A DNA stretch of 32,000 bases from Marinomonas maritima (GTDB lineage Bacteria; Pseudomonadota; Gammaproteobacteria; Pseudomonadales; Marinomonadaceae). Below, piece by piece: positions 1 through 8,400 of this stretch. The position numbers and the translations under genes are program-made. Position 1 is the stretch's first letter; the number at the start of each line of letters is the position of its first letter. The DNA is taken from contig NZ_JAMZEG020000002.1 in assembly GCF_024435075.2 (NCBI RefSeq), positions 1,063,484-1,095,483 on the forward strand. Direction: 5' to 3'. Below the pieces are notes generated by a model. That model did no database searches. It was not told the DNA's origin and worked only from the letters and a program-made list of their open reading frames with translations.

Positions 1-30
1 CAACCACAAGTACCTGAGGAAAAAAAATAA
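1..30 (+). CDS. Possible 3' end of the upstream gene (the position lptA occupies in E. coli-type operons), truncated by the window start
   Basis: Frame 1 reads QPQVPEEKK, then TAA at 28-30, directly abutting the lptB ATG at 31. Only 9 codons are visible, so the identity is purely positional inference. Confidence 0.3.
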   Translation, partial: QPQVPEEKK

Positions 31-756
31 ATGGCCCTACTTGAAGCGAAACATTTAGCAAAAAGTTACAAAAAACGCCAAGTAGTGAAGGATGTTTCTA
101 TTGCTGTCGAATCAGGTCAAGCCGTTGGCCTACTTGGTCCAAACGGGGCTGGCAAAACCACCTGTTTTTATATGATAGTTGGCATGGTAGCAAATGACGC
201 TGGCGGCATATTTATCGATGGCGTAGACATCACTCAGGACGCCATGCACACTCGCGCCCAAAAAGGTATTGGCTACCTTCCTCAGGAAGCCTCTATTTTT
301 CGAAAAATGTCCGTCGAAGACAACATCACGGCTATTTTAGAAACTCGTAAAGAGCTAACAAAAAGCCAACGAAAAGACAGACTCGAAGACTTATTAGAAG
401 AGTTTCACATTACCCACATTCGTGAAAACTTAGGAATGGCGCTATCAGGTGGAGAAAGGCGACGTGTTGAAATAGCAAGGGCTCTGGCCATGAACCCTAA
501 GTTTATCCTACTGGATGAACCTTTCGCAGGCGTCGACCCTATTTCTGTCGGCGACATCAAACTCATCATTAAGCACCTTCAAGAAAGTGGAATCGGCGTC
601 CTAATTACCGATCACAATGTTAGAGAGACTCTAGACATTTGTGATAAGGCTTACATTGTTGGCAATGGTTATATTATTGCTTCTGGCGATGCCAGTACCG
701 TCATCAACAATGAACAAGTAAAAAAGGTCTATCTAGGCGACGACTTCCGTCTGTAA
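31..756 (+). CDS. lptB: LPS export ABC transporter ATP-binding protein LptB
   Basis: ATG at 31 with GAGGA at 16-20. Walker [13 protein letters not shown] signature LSGGERRR, Walker [12 protein letters not shown], and C-terminal VYLGDDFRL. Near-colinear with E. coli LptB as I recall it, and sits directly upstream of rpoN. Confidence 0.97.
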   Translation: MALLEAKHLAKSYKKRQVVKDVSIAVESGQAVGLLGPNGAGKTTCFYMIVGMVANDAGGIFIDGVDITQDAMHTRAQKGIGYLPQEASIFRKMSVEDNITAILETRKELTKSQRKDRLEDLLEEFHITHIRENLGMALSGGERRRVEIARALAMNPKFILLDEPFAGVDPISVGDIKLIIKHLQESGIGVLITDHNVRETLDICDKAYIVGNGYIIASGDASTVINNEQVKKVYLGDDFRL

Positions 757-831
757 CCCCTTATCATTGCTGTAGAAAGGGAGTAGTATGCATAACTCGT
801 TCCAATTCATTCAAATAAAAAGAGTTGCTCT

Positions 832-2307
832 ATGAAGCAGTCTTTGCAACTAAAACTCGGCCAACAGCTGACCATGACACCACAGCTACAACAAGCCATT
901 CGCTTGTTGCAGCTTTCCACGTTGGACCTGAAGCAAGAAATTCATGAATTTCTTGAATCTAACCCTCTTCTTGAGCTTGATGACGACGAACAGGTTCAAA
1001 ACGATCAACCTGCAAGTATTGAGTCAAAAAGCGCCCCTGAGGCGACCGTTGATAGCAATAATGAAGAAGCGCGTGTTGAATCAGAGTGGACAGAAAGCAT
1101 TCCTGAAGAACTGTCTATTGACAGCAACTGGGATGACACATACCAAAACTCTGCGGCCGTGAGCGATCATAATAGCTATGAAGGTGAAAGCGACTTCGAA
1201 AGCCGCAACGCCCCAGCAGAAAGTATACAAGACCATCTAATCTGGCAATTAAATCTAACCCATATTTCTGACCGAGACATTGAAATTGCTTACGCTATTA
1301 TCGAATGCGTTCAAACCGATGGCTATCTAAGTATTTCAACTCAAGACATTTGGGAGTCCCTTTGTGTTGAATTAGAAGATTTAGACATGGAAGAAGTCAT
1401 CGCAGTACAGCATAGACTGCAACGTTTTGACCCAGTTGGCGTCTGCTCCATTGATTTGCGGGACTGCTTGCTTGTTCAACTAGAGGCATTTCAAAATCAC
1501 CCTCTTTATAAAAGCACATACAATCTCATTGACCATTATCTACCATTACTAGGCAATCGAGATTTTGCACAATTAAGCCGAAAAACAAAACTAAAAGACG
1601 AAGCCCTAAAAGAAGTTGTTAATTTAATACAACAACTTAACCCGCGTCCGGGCTCAGTGATCGATGCTGATGATACAGATTATGTCATTCCTGATGTATC
1701 CGTAAAAAAACACAATGGCATATGGCAAGTTGAGCTAAATAATGATGCCCTCCCGCCTATCAAAATAAACGAAACCTATTCCGCCATGGCGAGTACGGCT
1801 GCCACGACTGCAGCAGATGTAAGCTACATTAAAACGTCTCTTCAGGAAGCCAAATGGTTTATGAAAAGCTTACAAAGTCGCAACGAAACACTCTTAAAAG
1901 TGGCCAGCTGCATTGTAAGTCGACAAATTGATTTCTTTGAATTAGGTGAAGAAGCCATGAAACCGATGGTTCTTCATGATGTTGCCGAAGAAGTTGGCAT
2001 GCATGAATCAACCATTTCTAGAGTAACAACACAAAAATACATGCACACACCAAAAGGTATTTTTGAACTGAAGTACTTTTTCTCCAGTCATGTAAATACA
2101 GCGTCAGGTGGAGAATGTTCTTCTACTGCAATACGAGCTATGATTAAGAAACTTGTGGCTGATGAGCCAGCAAAAAAACCACTGAGTGATAACAAGTTAG
2201 CCACTGTTTTGGCTGACCAAGGCATACAGGTTGCTAGACGAACTGTTGCCAAATATCGAGAGGCGATGAATATCCCTCCTTCCAATGAACGAAAACGACT
2301 GATCTGA
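832..2307 (+). CDS. rpoN: RNA polymerase sigma-54 factor RpoN
   Basis: N-terminal region I is Gln/Leu-rich (MKQSLQLKLGQQLTMTPQLQQAIRLLQLS). An acidic region II follows. The C-terminal RpoN box ARRTVAKYREAMNIP is present. ATG at 832. Confidence 0.97.
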   Translation: MKQSLQLKLGQQLTMTPQLQQAIRLLQLSTLDLKQEIHEFLESNPLLELDDDEQVQNDQPASIESKSAPEATVDSNNEEARVESEWTESIPEELSIDSNWDDTYQNSAAVSDHNSYEGESDFESRNAPAESIQDHLIWQLNLTHISDRDIEIAYAIIECVQTDGYLSISTQDIWESLCVELEDLDMEEVIAVQHRLQRFDPVGVCSIDLRDCLLVQLEAFQNHPLYKSTYNLIDHYLPLLGNRDFAQLSRKTKLKDEALKEVVNLIQQLNPRPGSVIDADDTDYVIPDVSVKKHNGIWQVELNNDALPPIKINETYSAMASTAATTAADVSYIKTSLQEAKWFMKSLQSRNETLLKVASCIVSRQIDFFELGEEAMKPMVLHDVAEEVGMHESTISRVTTQKYMHTPKGIFELKYFFSSHVNTASGGECSSTAIRAMIKKLVADEPAKKPLSDNKLATVLADQGIQVARRTVAKYREAMNIPPSNERKRLI

Positions 2308-2324
2308 ACGGAAACCATTTCATC

Positions 2325-2774
2325 ATGTCCTTGAAATCATTATTAAAAGCTGAGCTCGTTTTGGCGAAGCAAGATATTGTTAGTAAAAAACGAGTTTTAG
2401 AAAGTATCGCCGACATTGCATCCAATCGGCTGCATTGCAATAACGAGGCCGTTTATGACGCCCTATTAGGACGAGAAAAGCTTGGAAGTACAGGCATAGG
2501 CAATGGCATAGCGATACCTCATTGCCGCCTAGAGTCTGCAAACCATACCGCCATTGTCGTGATGTCATTACAAGCTCCGATAGATTTTGACTCGATTGAT
2601 AAGAGAGCCGTTGATCTTATATTCGCCTTAATCGTTCCGCCTAATGAATGCGATCAACATCTTGCAACATTGGCCCAAATCGCAGAATTAGCTCAATCGC
2701 CTGAAGCGCTCGACAAGCTACGAACCGCTCAAACCAACGAAGATCTATTTAATATTTTTGACTCATTAATATAG
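2325..2774 (+). CDS. ptsN: Nitrogen-related PTS IIA-like protein PtsN (EIIA-Ntr)
   Basis: 149 aa. Carries the phosphorylatable His motif GIAIPH (His66). Located directly downstream of rpoN, as in the canonical rpoN operon. Confidence 0.9.
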   Translation: MSLKSLLKAELVLAKQDIVSKKRVLESIADIASNRLHCNNEAVYDALLGREKLGSTGIGNGIAIPHCRLESANHTAIVVMSLQAPIDFDSIDKRAVDLIFALIVPPNECDQHLATLAQIAELAQSPEALDKLRTAQTNEDLFNIFDSLI

Positions 2775-2784
2775 GAAGTAAAGC

Positions 2785-3054
2785 ATGCAGGAAGAGTCCA
2801 TCACCATCATAAATAAACTTGGCTTGCATGCTCGCGCTGCTGGCAAATTAGTGGAAACAACGTCACGCTTTTCTTGTGATATCACCATAGAAAAAGACAG
2901 TCGTAATGTAGACGGCAAAAGTATTATGGCAATGATGATGCTTGCCGCTGGAAAAGGAACGAACATTCGAATCAAAACCAATGGAGAAGATGAAAAAGAG
3001 GCAATCAAAGCCGTTGTTGAATTAATTAACAATCGTTTTGGTGAAGACGAGTAA
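2785..3054 (+). CDS. npr: HPr-like phosphocarrier NPr (PtsO)
   Basis: 89 aa. HPr fold signature NKLGLHARAA with His15, and GKSIM with Ser46. AGGAAG RBS at 2773-2778. Confidence 0.9.
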   Translation: MQEESITIINKLGLHARAAGKLVETTSRFSCDITIEKDSRNVDGKSIMAMMMLAAGKGTNIRIKTNGEDEKEAIKAVVELINNRFGEDE

Positions 3055-3061
3055 CCCGACA

Positions 3062-4420
3062 ATGTCAATGTCAGAGAAAACCACTCTCAATCACCTTAAA
3101 ACGGTCACCGAATCCCTTGAATCCGGCGCCACAATGCAAACCCGTTATTTACTTAATGGGGCATTGCCAGCGCAAGACGTTGCCAGACTATTAGAGTCCT
3201 CACCCCCCAAAGAGCGTAAATTGCTCTGGGAGCTAATCGAAGCAAAGAATGAAGGCGAGGTTCTACAATACCTCAGCGAAGATATTGGCGTTCAATTCAT
3301 GAAGAATATGGATACAGAGCGACTTATCGCCGTATCCGAACATTTCGAAAGTGATGACTTAGCCGATTTATTACAACACTTACCAGAAAAAGTCGTAACA
3401 GAAGTTCTAGCTTCCATGAGCTCGCAAGACAGAATGCGAGTGGAAGCATTATTAAGCTATTCGGAAGATTCCGCCGGTGGTTTGATGAATACGGACACAA
3501 TCACCATCCGTCCGAACATCACTGTCGACATTGTTTTTCGTTATTTACGCAGACATTCAAAACTACCAGACATGACAGACAGCTTACTGGTTGTCAGCCG
3601 CTCAGACCGACTGTTAGGAACACTTCCTCTTACCAAGCTTTTAGTTTCAGACATCAACGACACCGTTCGTGACATCATGGAAACTGAATTTACCGTTATT
3701 CACGCCGAAACACCTGCCAGCGAAGTCGCTCAGCTCTTTGAAAAAATGGACCTTGTGTCTGCACCTGTCATTGATGGCACGACTAAGAAACTGCTTGGTC
3801 GTATCACCATCGATGACGTGGTAGATGTTATCCGAGATGAAGCAGAACACTCCATGCTGAGCATGGCAGGCCTTGATGATGATGAAGACACCTTCTCCCC
3901 CATTATGCAGACGACAAAAAGACGCGCCGTTTGGCTTGGGATCAACCTCATCACCGCGTTTATTGCCTCATACGTCATAGGCCTCTTTCAGAACACATTA
4001 GACCAAGTCGTGGCATTAGCCATACTCATGCCGATTGTCGCCAGTATGGGGGGGATTGCCGGATCTCAGGTATTAACACTTGTCATACGCGGTATCGCAC
4101 TAAATCAAATAGGCTCCGCAAACACCCGATGGCTCTTGAACAGGGAGATTATAGTTGGACTCCTTAATGGCATCCTTTGGGCGACCGTCATTGCTGCATT
4201 AACCGCGCTTTGGTTTGACAACATTAAAATTGCCTATATTATTGCGAGCGCAACCATAATTAACCTGCTATTTGCCGCTACCACTGGTACACTTCTGCCA
4301 ATTATGCTGAAAAGATTCGGAATTGACCCGGCTCTTGCTGGCAGTGTTATTTTGACCACCGTGACCGATGTGGTTGGGTTTCTTTCCTTCCTCGGTCTCG
4401 CTACCATTTTTCTAATATAG
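3062..4420 (+). CDS. mgtE: Magnesium transporter MgtE
   Basis: N-terminal MgtE-N region, a CBS pair (LLGTLPLTKLL..., LLGRITIDDVVDVI), and a C-terminal 5-TM domain ending TVTDVVGFLSFLGLA. The ORF-track start at 3038 is a TTG that overlaps npr. I prefer the first in-frame ATG at 3062; ATG 3068 is also possible. Confidence 0.92.
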   Translation: MSMSEKTTLNHLKTVTESLESGATMQTRYLLNGALPAQDVARLLESSPPKERKLLWELIEAKNEGEVLQYLSEDIGVQFMKNMDTERLIAVSEHFESDDLADLLQHLPEKVVTEVLASMSSQDRMRVEALLSYSEDSAGGLMNTDTITIRPNITVDIVFRYLRRHSKLPDMTDSLLVVSRSDRLLGTLPLTKLLVSDINDTVRDIMETEFTVIHAETPASEVAQLFEKMDLVSAPVIDGTTKKLLGRITIDDVVDVIRDEAEHSMLSMAGLDDDEDTFSPIMQTTKRRAVWLGINLITAFIASYVIGLFQNTLDQVVALAILMPIVASMGGIAGSQVLTLVIRGIALNQIGSANTRWLLNREIIVGLLNGILWATVIAALTALWFDNIKIAYIIASATIINLLFAATTGTLLPIMLKRFGIDPALAGSVILTTVTDVVGFLSFLGLATIFLI

Positions 4421-4426
4421 GTTCCC

Positions 4427-4963
4427 ATGACAGACTTTGATCAACTTGAAAATGACGACGAACTCCCTAAAAGCAAATCCCAAGTCAAACGCGAAATGGA
4501 TGCCTTGCAGGAAGTTGGTAAAAAGCTATTAAGCCTGAGCAAAAATCAGCTTAAAAAAATTGAAATGTCTGACACATTAAAAAATGCCATTGAAGAGTCT
4601 GGACGCATAAAGCAAAATGAAGCGAAAAGAAGGCACTTACAATACATCGGCCGAGTAATGCGTACAGAAGATCACGAAACGATAGCACAACGTGTCGCTT
4701 TACTTGATACAACATCAGCAGCCTATAACAAACTATTTCATCAACTAGAAATAAAACGCGATGCGCTCATTGGCGAGAACAGTAAAGAAGTCTTGTCTCA
4801 ATATTTAGATGACAACCCTAATCTGGAAGAGATTCAGTTACTTAGGCAGCTCATTCGACTTTCCCAAAAAGAAGCATCACAAGATAGCAACACGTCTAAT
4901 CGTAAAAAGCTCTTCCGCCTTTTACGCGAAGTTGAGGAAAAGCGTCTTGGTTTAAAAGACTAA
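4427..4963 (+). CDS. yjgA: YjgA/DarP family ribosome-associated protein (DUF615)
   Basis: 178 aa. The acidic N-terminus followed by SKSQVKREMDALQEVGKKLL and RRRHLQYIGRVMR resembles E. coli YjgA (SKSEIKRDAEELKRLG..., RRRQLQLIGKMLR). Confidence 0.85.
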   Translation: MTDFDQLENDDELPKSKSQVKREMDALQEVGKKLLSLSKNQLKKIEMSDTLKNAIEESGRIKQNEAKRRHLQYIGRVMRTEDHETIAQRVALLDTTSAAYNKLFHQLEIKRDALIGENSKEVLSQYLDDNPNLEEIQLLRQLIRLSQKEASQDSNTSNRKKLFRLLREVEEKRLGLKD

Positions 4964-5023
4964 TGCGAAACCGCATTAAGTAACATATCTCTTCCTAAAA
5001 TGCGTCGACTATTATTGTTAAGC

Positions 5024-5050
5024 CAGTATGAAGTTCATACTGACTTTTTC
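5024..5050 (+). terminator. Putative intrinsic terminator of the lptB-yjgA operon
   Basis: Inverted repeat CAGTATGAA (5024-5032) / TTCATACTG (5034-5042), followed by ACTTTTT. The stem is AT-rich, so the hairpin is weak. Confidence 0.4.
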
Positions 5051-5224
5051 GTCTGCAACTAATTTTATTCTAACCCTTTTTATTACACGCCTATAACACC
5101 AGAAAAAAAGAGAAGACGGAAAGCCAGGGAACATCGTCACCCTACGTTGTCTCATTAAGTGATTTTGTCGATGGACCCACTGCCTTTCATTTCTGGTGGG
5201 AGGGTGTTGTTTAGGTTGGCCTTT

Positions 5225-5270
5225 GATAAGAAATAATTAAGGCAGCAACCCTGAATGGACTGCTGCCTTA
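5225..5270 (-). terminator. Putative intrinsic terminator of the NRPS-PKS operon
   Basis: Perfect 10-bp inverted repeat TAAGGCAGCA (5238-5247) / TGCTGCCTTA (5261-5270) with a 13-nt loop. On the minus strand it is followed by ATTATTTCTTATC. It lies about 175 nt downstream of the stop codon at 5445-5447. Confidence 0.45.
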
Positions 5271-5444
5271 TAGATCATTCTCGAGCTTTGAAGAATGTCA
5301 GAATGGAGTCGATTGGCATCCAAAGCGTGGAGGTGTGCTCTTCTTTCTGGAGGAAGATAAGTCGCGATGTTGATAAAATTCAACGACCGTATCATCTTCA
5401 TCTTTGATGTCTACCAATAGACCAATAACCCCCCATGTTCTCGT

Positions 5445-8400
5445 TTATTTGTCTGTCATTAACCGCATAATGTGTTTTGCCCCTTCCCCCTGTAAAATAG
5501 AATAGTGATCTGCAGTAATGCCGTGATACTGGATTTGACCAAGATATGGCTGCCAACTGGCTTTAACTCTTTCATCATCTATATGCTGGGTTGCTATACA
5601 AAGTAACGTGTTAGCGGCAACCTTCCCTTGGGGCTGAAACGCACTAATCGCTGCCGCATTTTTTCGACATGCCGTTATGACCCGCTCAATGTACCATTGC
5701 GCCTGACTTCTCTCCTCCTGCTGAGATTGTCGTTTTGATAGTGGATAGAGGGTGTTAGCCACCTCTTCAGGCGAACTTTTAGGGTTAAGCTTTCCCTTCA
5801 AACGTGGGTATTGTTGAATGATTTCATCAATAAACACTTTATTATCCAAAACTGGCCCTGAGTTCTGAACGCCGCTCAGTGTAGGCGGATCAATCATGAC
5901 TAAAGGCACTGATTGCCCCAGTTTTTCCAGCATGCGCGTCATTTGCCACGCGATAAATGCGCCAAAAGACCAACCAATAATACGCACAGGTTGATAGGAT
6001 TGAATGAGATCGACATAGTGCTCCGCCATCGCTTCAACTGTCATCATCTGCGCTTGTGGTGTATTCGGTGACAGCAAGGGGTCTCTAATACCATAAATGG
6101 CTCTGCCATCAGGCATCACATCAATCCATTCCCTATAACCCATAAGATCTCCGCCAATGGGATGGATCACAATATCACAGCCTAGTGAACCATCTCCTTC
6201 TTTCAGGCATGTGATAATCCCCTCCTCCAAATGGCTTATCACATTCGCCTCACTTGATGTACTAAGTACCTCTTCGATACGGCGAATGGTCACATTTTGG
6301 GTGAGATCCGCGAGTCTCACTTTATTCGGAAATAGGACATTAATACCATCGAATAAATCCAACAGTGTTAGCGAATCCCCCCCCAAGTCGTAAAAACATT
6401 CGTCTTCATCAACCTCGTCAAATCCCAAAATATCGGTAAAAAGAGAGCTAAGATAGACAGAAGTCGACATGTCTTTTGAGTGGTTCTTCAGACTATCGGC
6501 AACGTTAGAATTGCCTGCATGCAGAGTCGAGAAAAAGCGCTTTGCATTTTGATGCGCCAGAGGTGATATCAAATACTGAGCATCACCACCGTTCACAAGA
6601 GTATCTAATAATGCAACACCTTGAGCAGGTGAAATCGAAAAGTCGATCTCCTTAACGTGTTCGGCCATTCCTGTACCTCGCCAGGTTGGCCAATTAATAC
6701 TGATAAATTGAGGACCATCTATACGCTGATTTTGCATCTTGGCGTATAAATCTAAAAAGTGATTGGCAGCACAATAATCTGTCTGTCCCGCAACCCCATG
6801 CACCGCCGACATTGAAGAACAATAAGCGATAAATTCGGGTTCCAATATCAATAGTTCCGAATCAATATTAATGGCTCCGAGAATCTTAGCGGCCATATTA
6901 GCCGTTGCCGCTCCAGGCTCCATCAATCGTATCATTCCTCCTCCCGCCGACCCTGCTGCGTGGATAATACCTGTTACCTTACCAAACTGACCCAATACTT
7001 GGTTGGCCACATGCACCATATCTTCGCGTTTTGACACATCGCAGCGTAATTGCTGTATTGATTTTCCGGGATGAAGAATGGTCTCTGTAGCCGTTCGTGA
7101 AAGTAAAATCACGCGGGCGTCTCTAGTTGCCTGCAAATGCTCAGCAATAATTTGACCTATCCCCCCCGTTCCACCCGTAATTAAGTAAACGCCATCACTA
7201 ATAAATTTTTTCGAAGGTGACAAATATTGAGGTAGCGTTTGATATTCTTTGCGCCAAACGTACCGACCTCTTACAGCAAAATGGTACGCGTCATCCGCCG
7301 GATTCTGCTCAAGTCCTTCAATAGCGTACAGTAAATGCTCAGAAGATAGCGCTGGCAGTATATCCAATACCCTATACTCAATGCGCTCAAGCTCTAATGG
7401 GATAGTTTGTGCCAACCCTAGTAACAAACCTATATTGGGATTAAGGGTTTCTTCACCCAATACATTGGCACTACCAGAAACGACGTTAATCAAGAATAAA
7501 GGTTGCCGTTGTGGTCGCTGTTCCCAAACCTGTAGCAGAGTAACAATGGATAACAAAACCTCGCCAGATCCCATATGCATTGGATTTCCCTCTGGATCTT
7601 GGTCACCAAATGTCATATTCACTATCGTCAGAGGCTGGCTAAATAAAGACAGAACTGGCAACCGCTCAATAGCCGATGAAATACCATCGATGTATTGAAC
7701 CTGATGCCCATTAGCTCGCAAACCACTTGTTACACTTTTACCCCGTTCGTGAATATCATCTATCACTAAGTACTGTTTTTGGTTAACGGAATGCCTCTGA
7801 ACGCTATAAGCCCTAACCCACTGCTCCTGCATCAACCACTGTGATTCCGGAAGCGGATCAAAAGACGCTTGCTCTGGTAACACGTCAACACTACCGAGCT
7901 CACTCTGATCACAGTGCCATTTACTAAGGTACGTTTGGCAGTTAAAGGAAAAACTGGCTGCATCCCAAGCAGGTGCCTCACTAGCGGGTCTATAATCTTC
8001 TGGCATTGAACTCAATATGGCATGTGCATTGGTTCCACCCATACCGAAACTGCTCACGCCGGCGAATCTATTCGCCCCTCTCCACGGCCTGCTGGTACTA
8101 TTGAGGTAAAACCTTGACGCACTGAAATCTATATTGGTATTGGGAGTATCAGCCCATAAGGTAGGAGGAAGAACTGAGTGATACAAAGAAAGCGCCGTGC
8201 GGATAAACCCTGTTACGCCTGCCGCCGACCCTAAGTGCCCCATCTGACTTTTGACCGATCCCAACGCGCAAGTTCCTGAAGTTTGTTGCTGGTTGCTATT
8301 TTCCGCAAATGCATCGCTTAGCGCTTTCATTTCGATAGGGTCACCCAACTCTGTGCCAGTACCGTGTGCCTCTACGTATGAAATCTGCTCACTGGTCACG

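Noticed and set aside
3038-3061. The ORF-track start of mgtE at 3038.
   Set aside because: Codon 3038-3040 is TTG and would overlap the last 17 nt of npr. In-frame ATGs at 3062 and 3068 lie just after the npr stop and are more plausible. The N-terminal 8-10 residues remain uncertain.
944-4428. Short overlapping ORFs within the housekeeping operon: 944-1162, 2088-2318, 2234-2440, 2380-2568, 2766-3068, 3647-3850, 3730-3978, 3931-4167, 4234-4428.
   Set aside because: Each overlaps a confidently identified conserved gene (rpoN, ptsN, npr or mgtE) in another frame or on the other strand, and none has a recognisable motif.
4961-4978. A 7-bp stem / 4-nt loop hairpin (TAATGCG-AAAC-CGCATTA) overlapping the yjgA stop codon, considered as a terminator.
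   Set aside because: No U-tract follows it. The hairpin with a T-run at 5024-5050 is the better terminator candidate.
5237-5401. A 54-aa minus-strand ORF (MKMIRSLNFINIATYLPPERRAHLHALDANRL...) just downstream of NRPS/PKS-3, considered as a possible MbtH-like or small accessory gene.
   Set aside because: It has no MbtH signature (no NPFDD or conserved Trp pattern) and no Shine-Dalgarno sequence. It also terminates inside the putative terminator stem. It is probably spurious.
7249-7698. A 149-aa plus-strand ORF, plus many similar ORFs antisense to or out of frame within the megasynthase genes. Examples: 6157-6393, 8251-8460, 11930-12193, 14607-15020, 15607-15954, 18074-18340, 19010-19297, 20945-21265, 27016-27300, 28188-28436, 30040-30279.
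   Set aside because: All lie entirely inside long CDSs whose frames are confirmed by dense NRPS/PKS core motifs. Their translations are low-complexity (Ser/Cys/Arg-rich) with no recognisable motifs or RBS. This is what the opposite strand of a long ORF is expected to produce.
7194-8003. A possible hidden acyltransferase domain between KS and KR. The gap is about the right size.
   Set aside because: No GHSxG, no (Y/H)ASH and no AT-type Arg motif appear in the ~270 aa. The region looks like the KR structural subdomain. I treat it as AT-less, pending a profile search.
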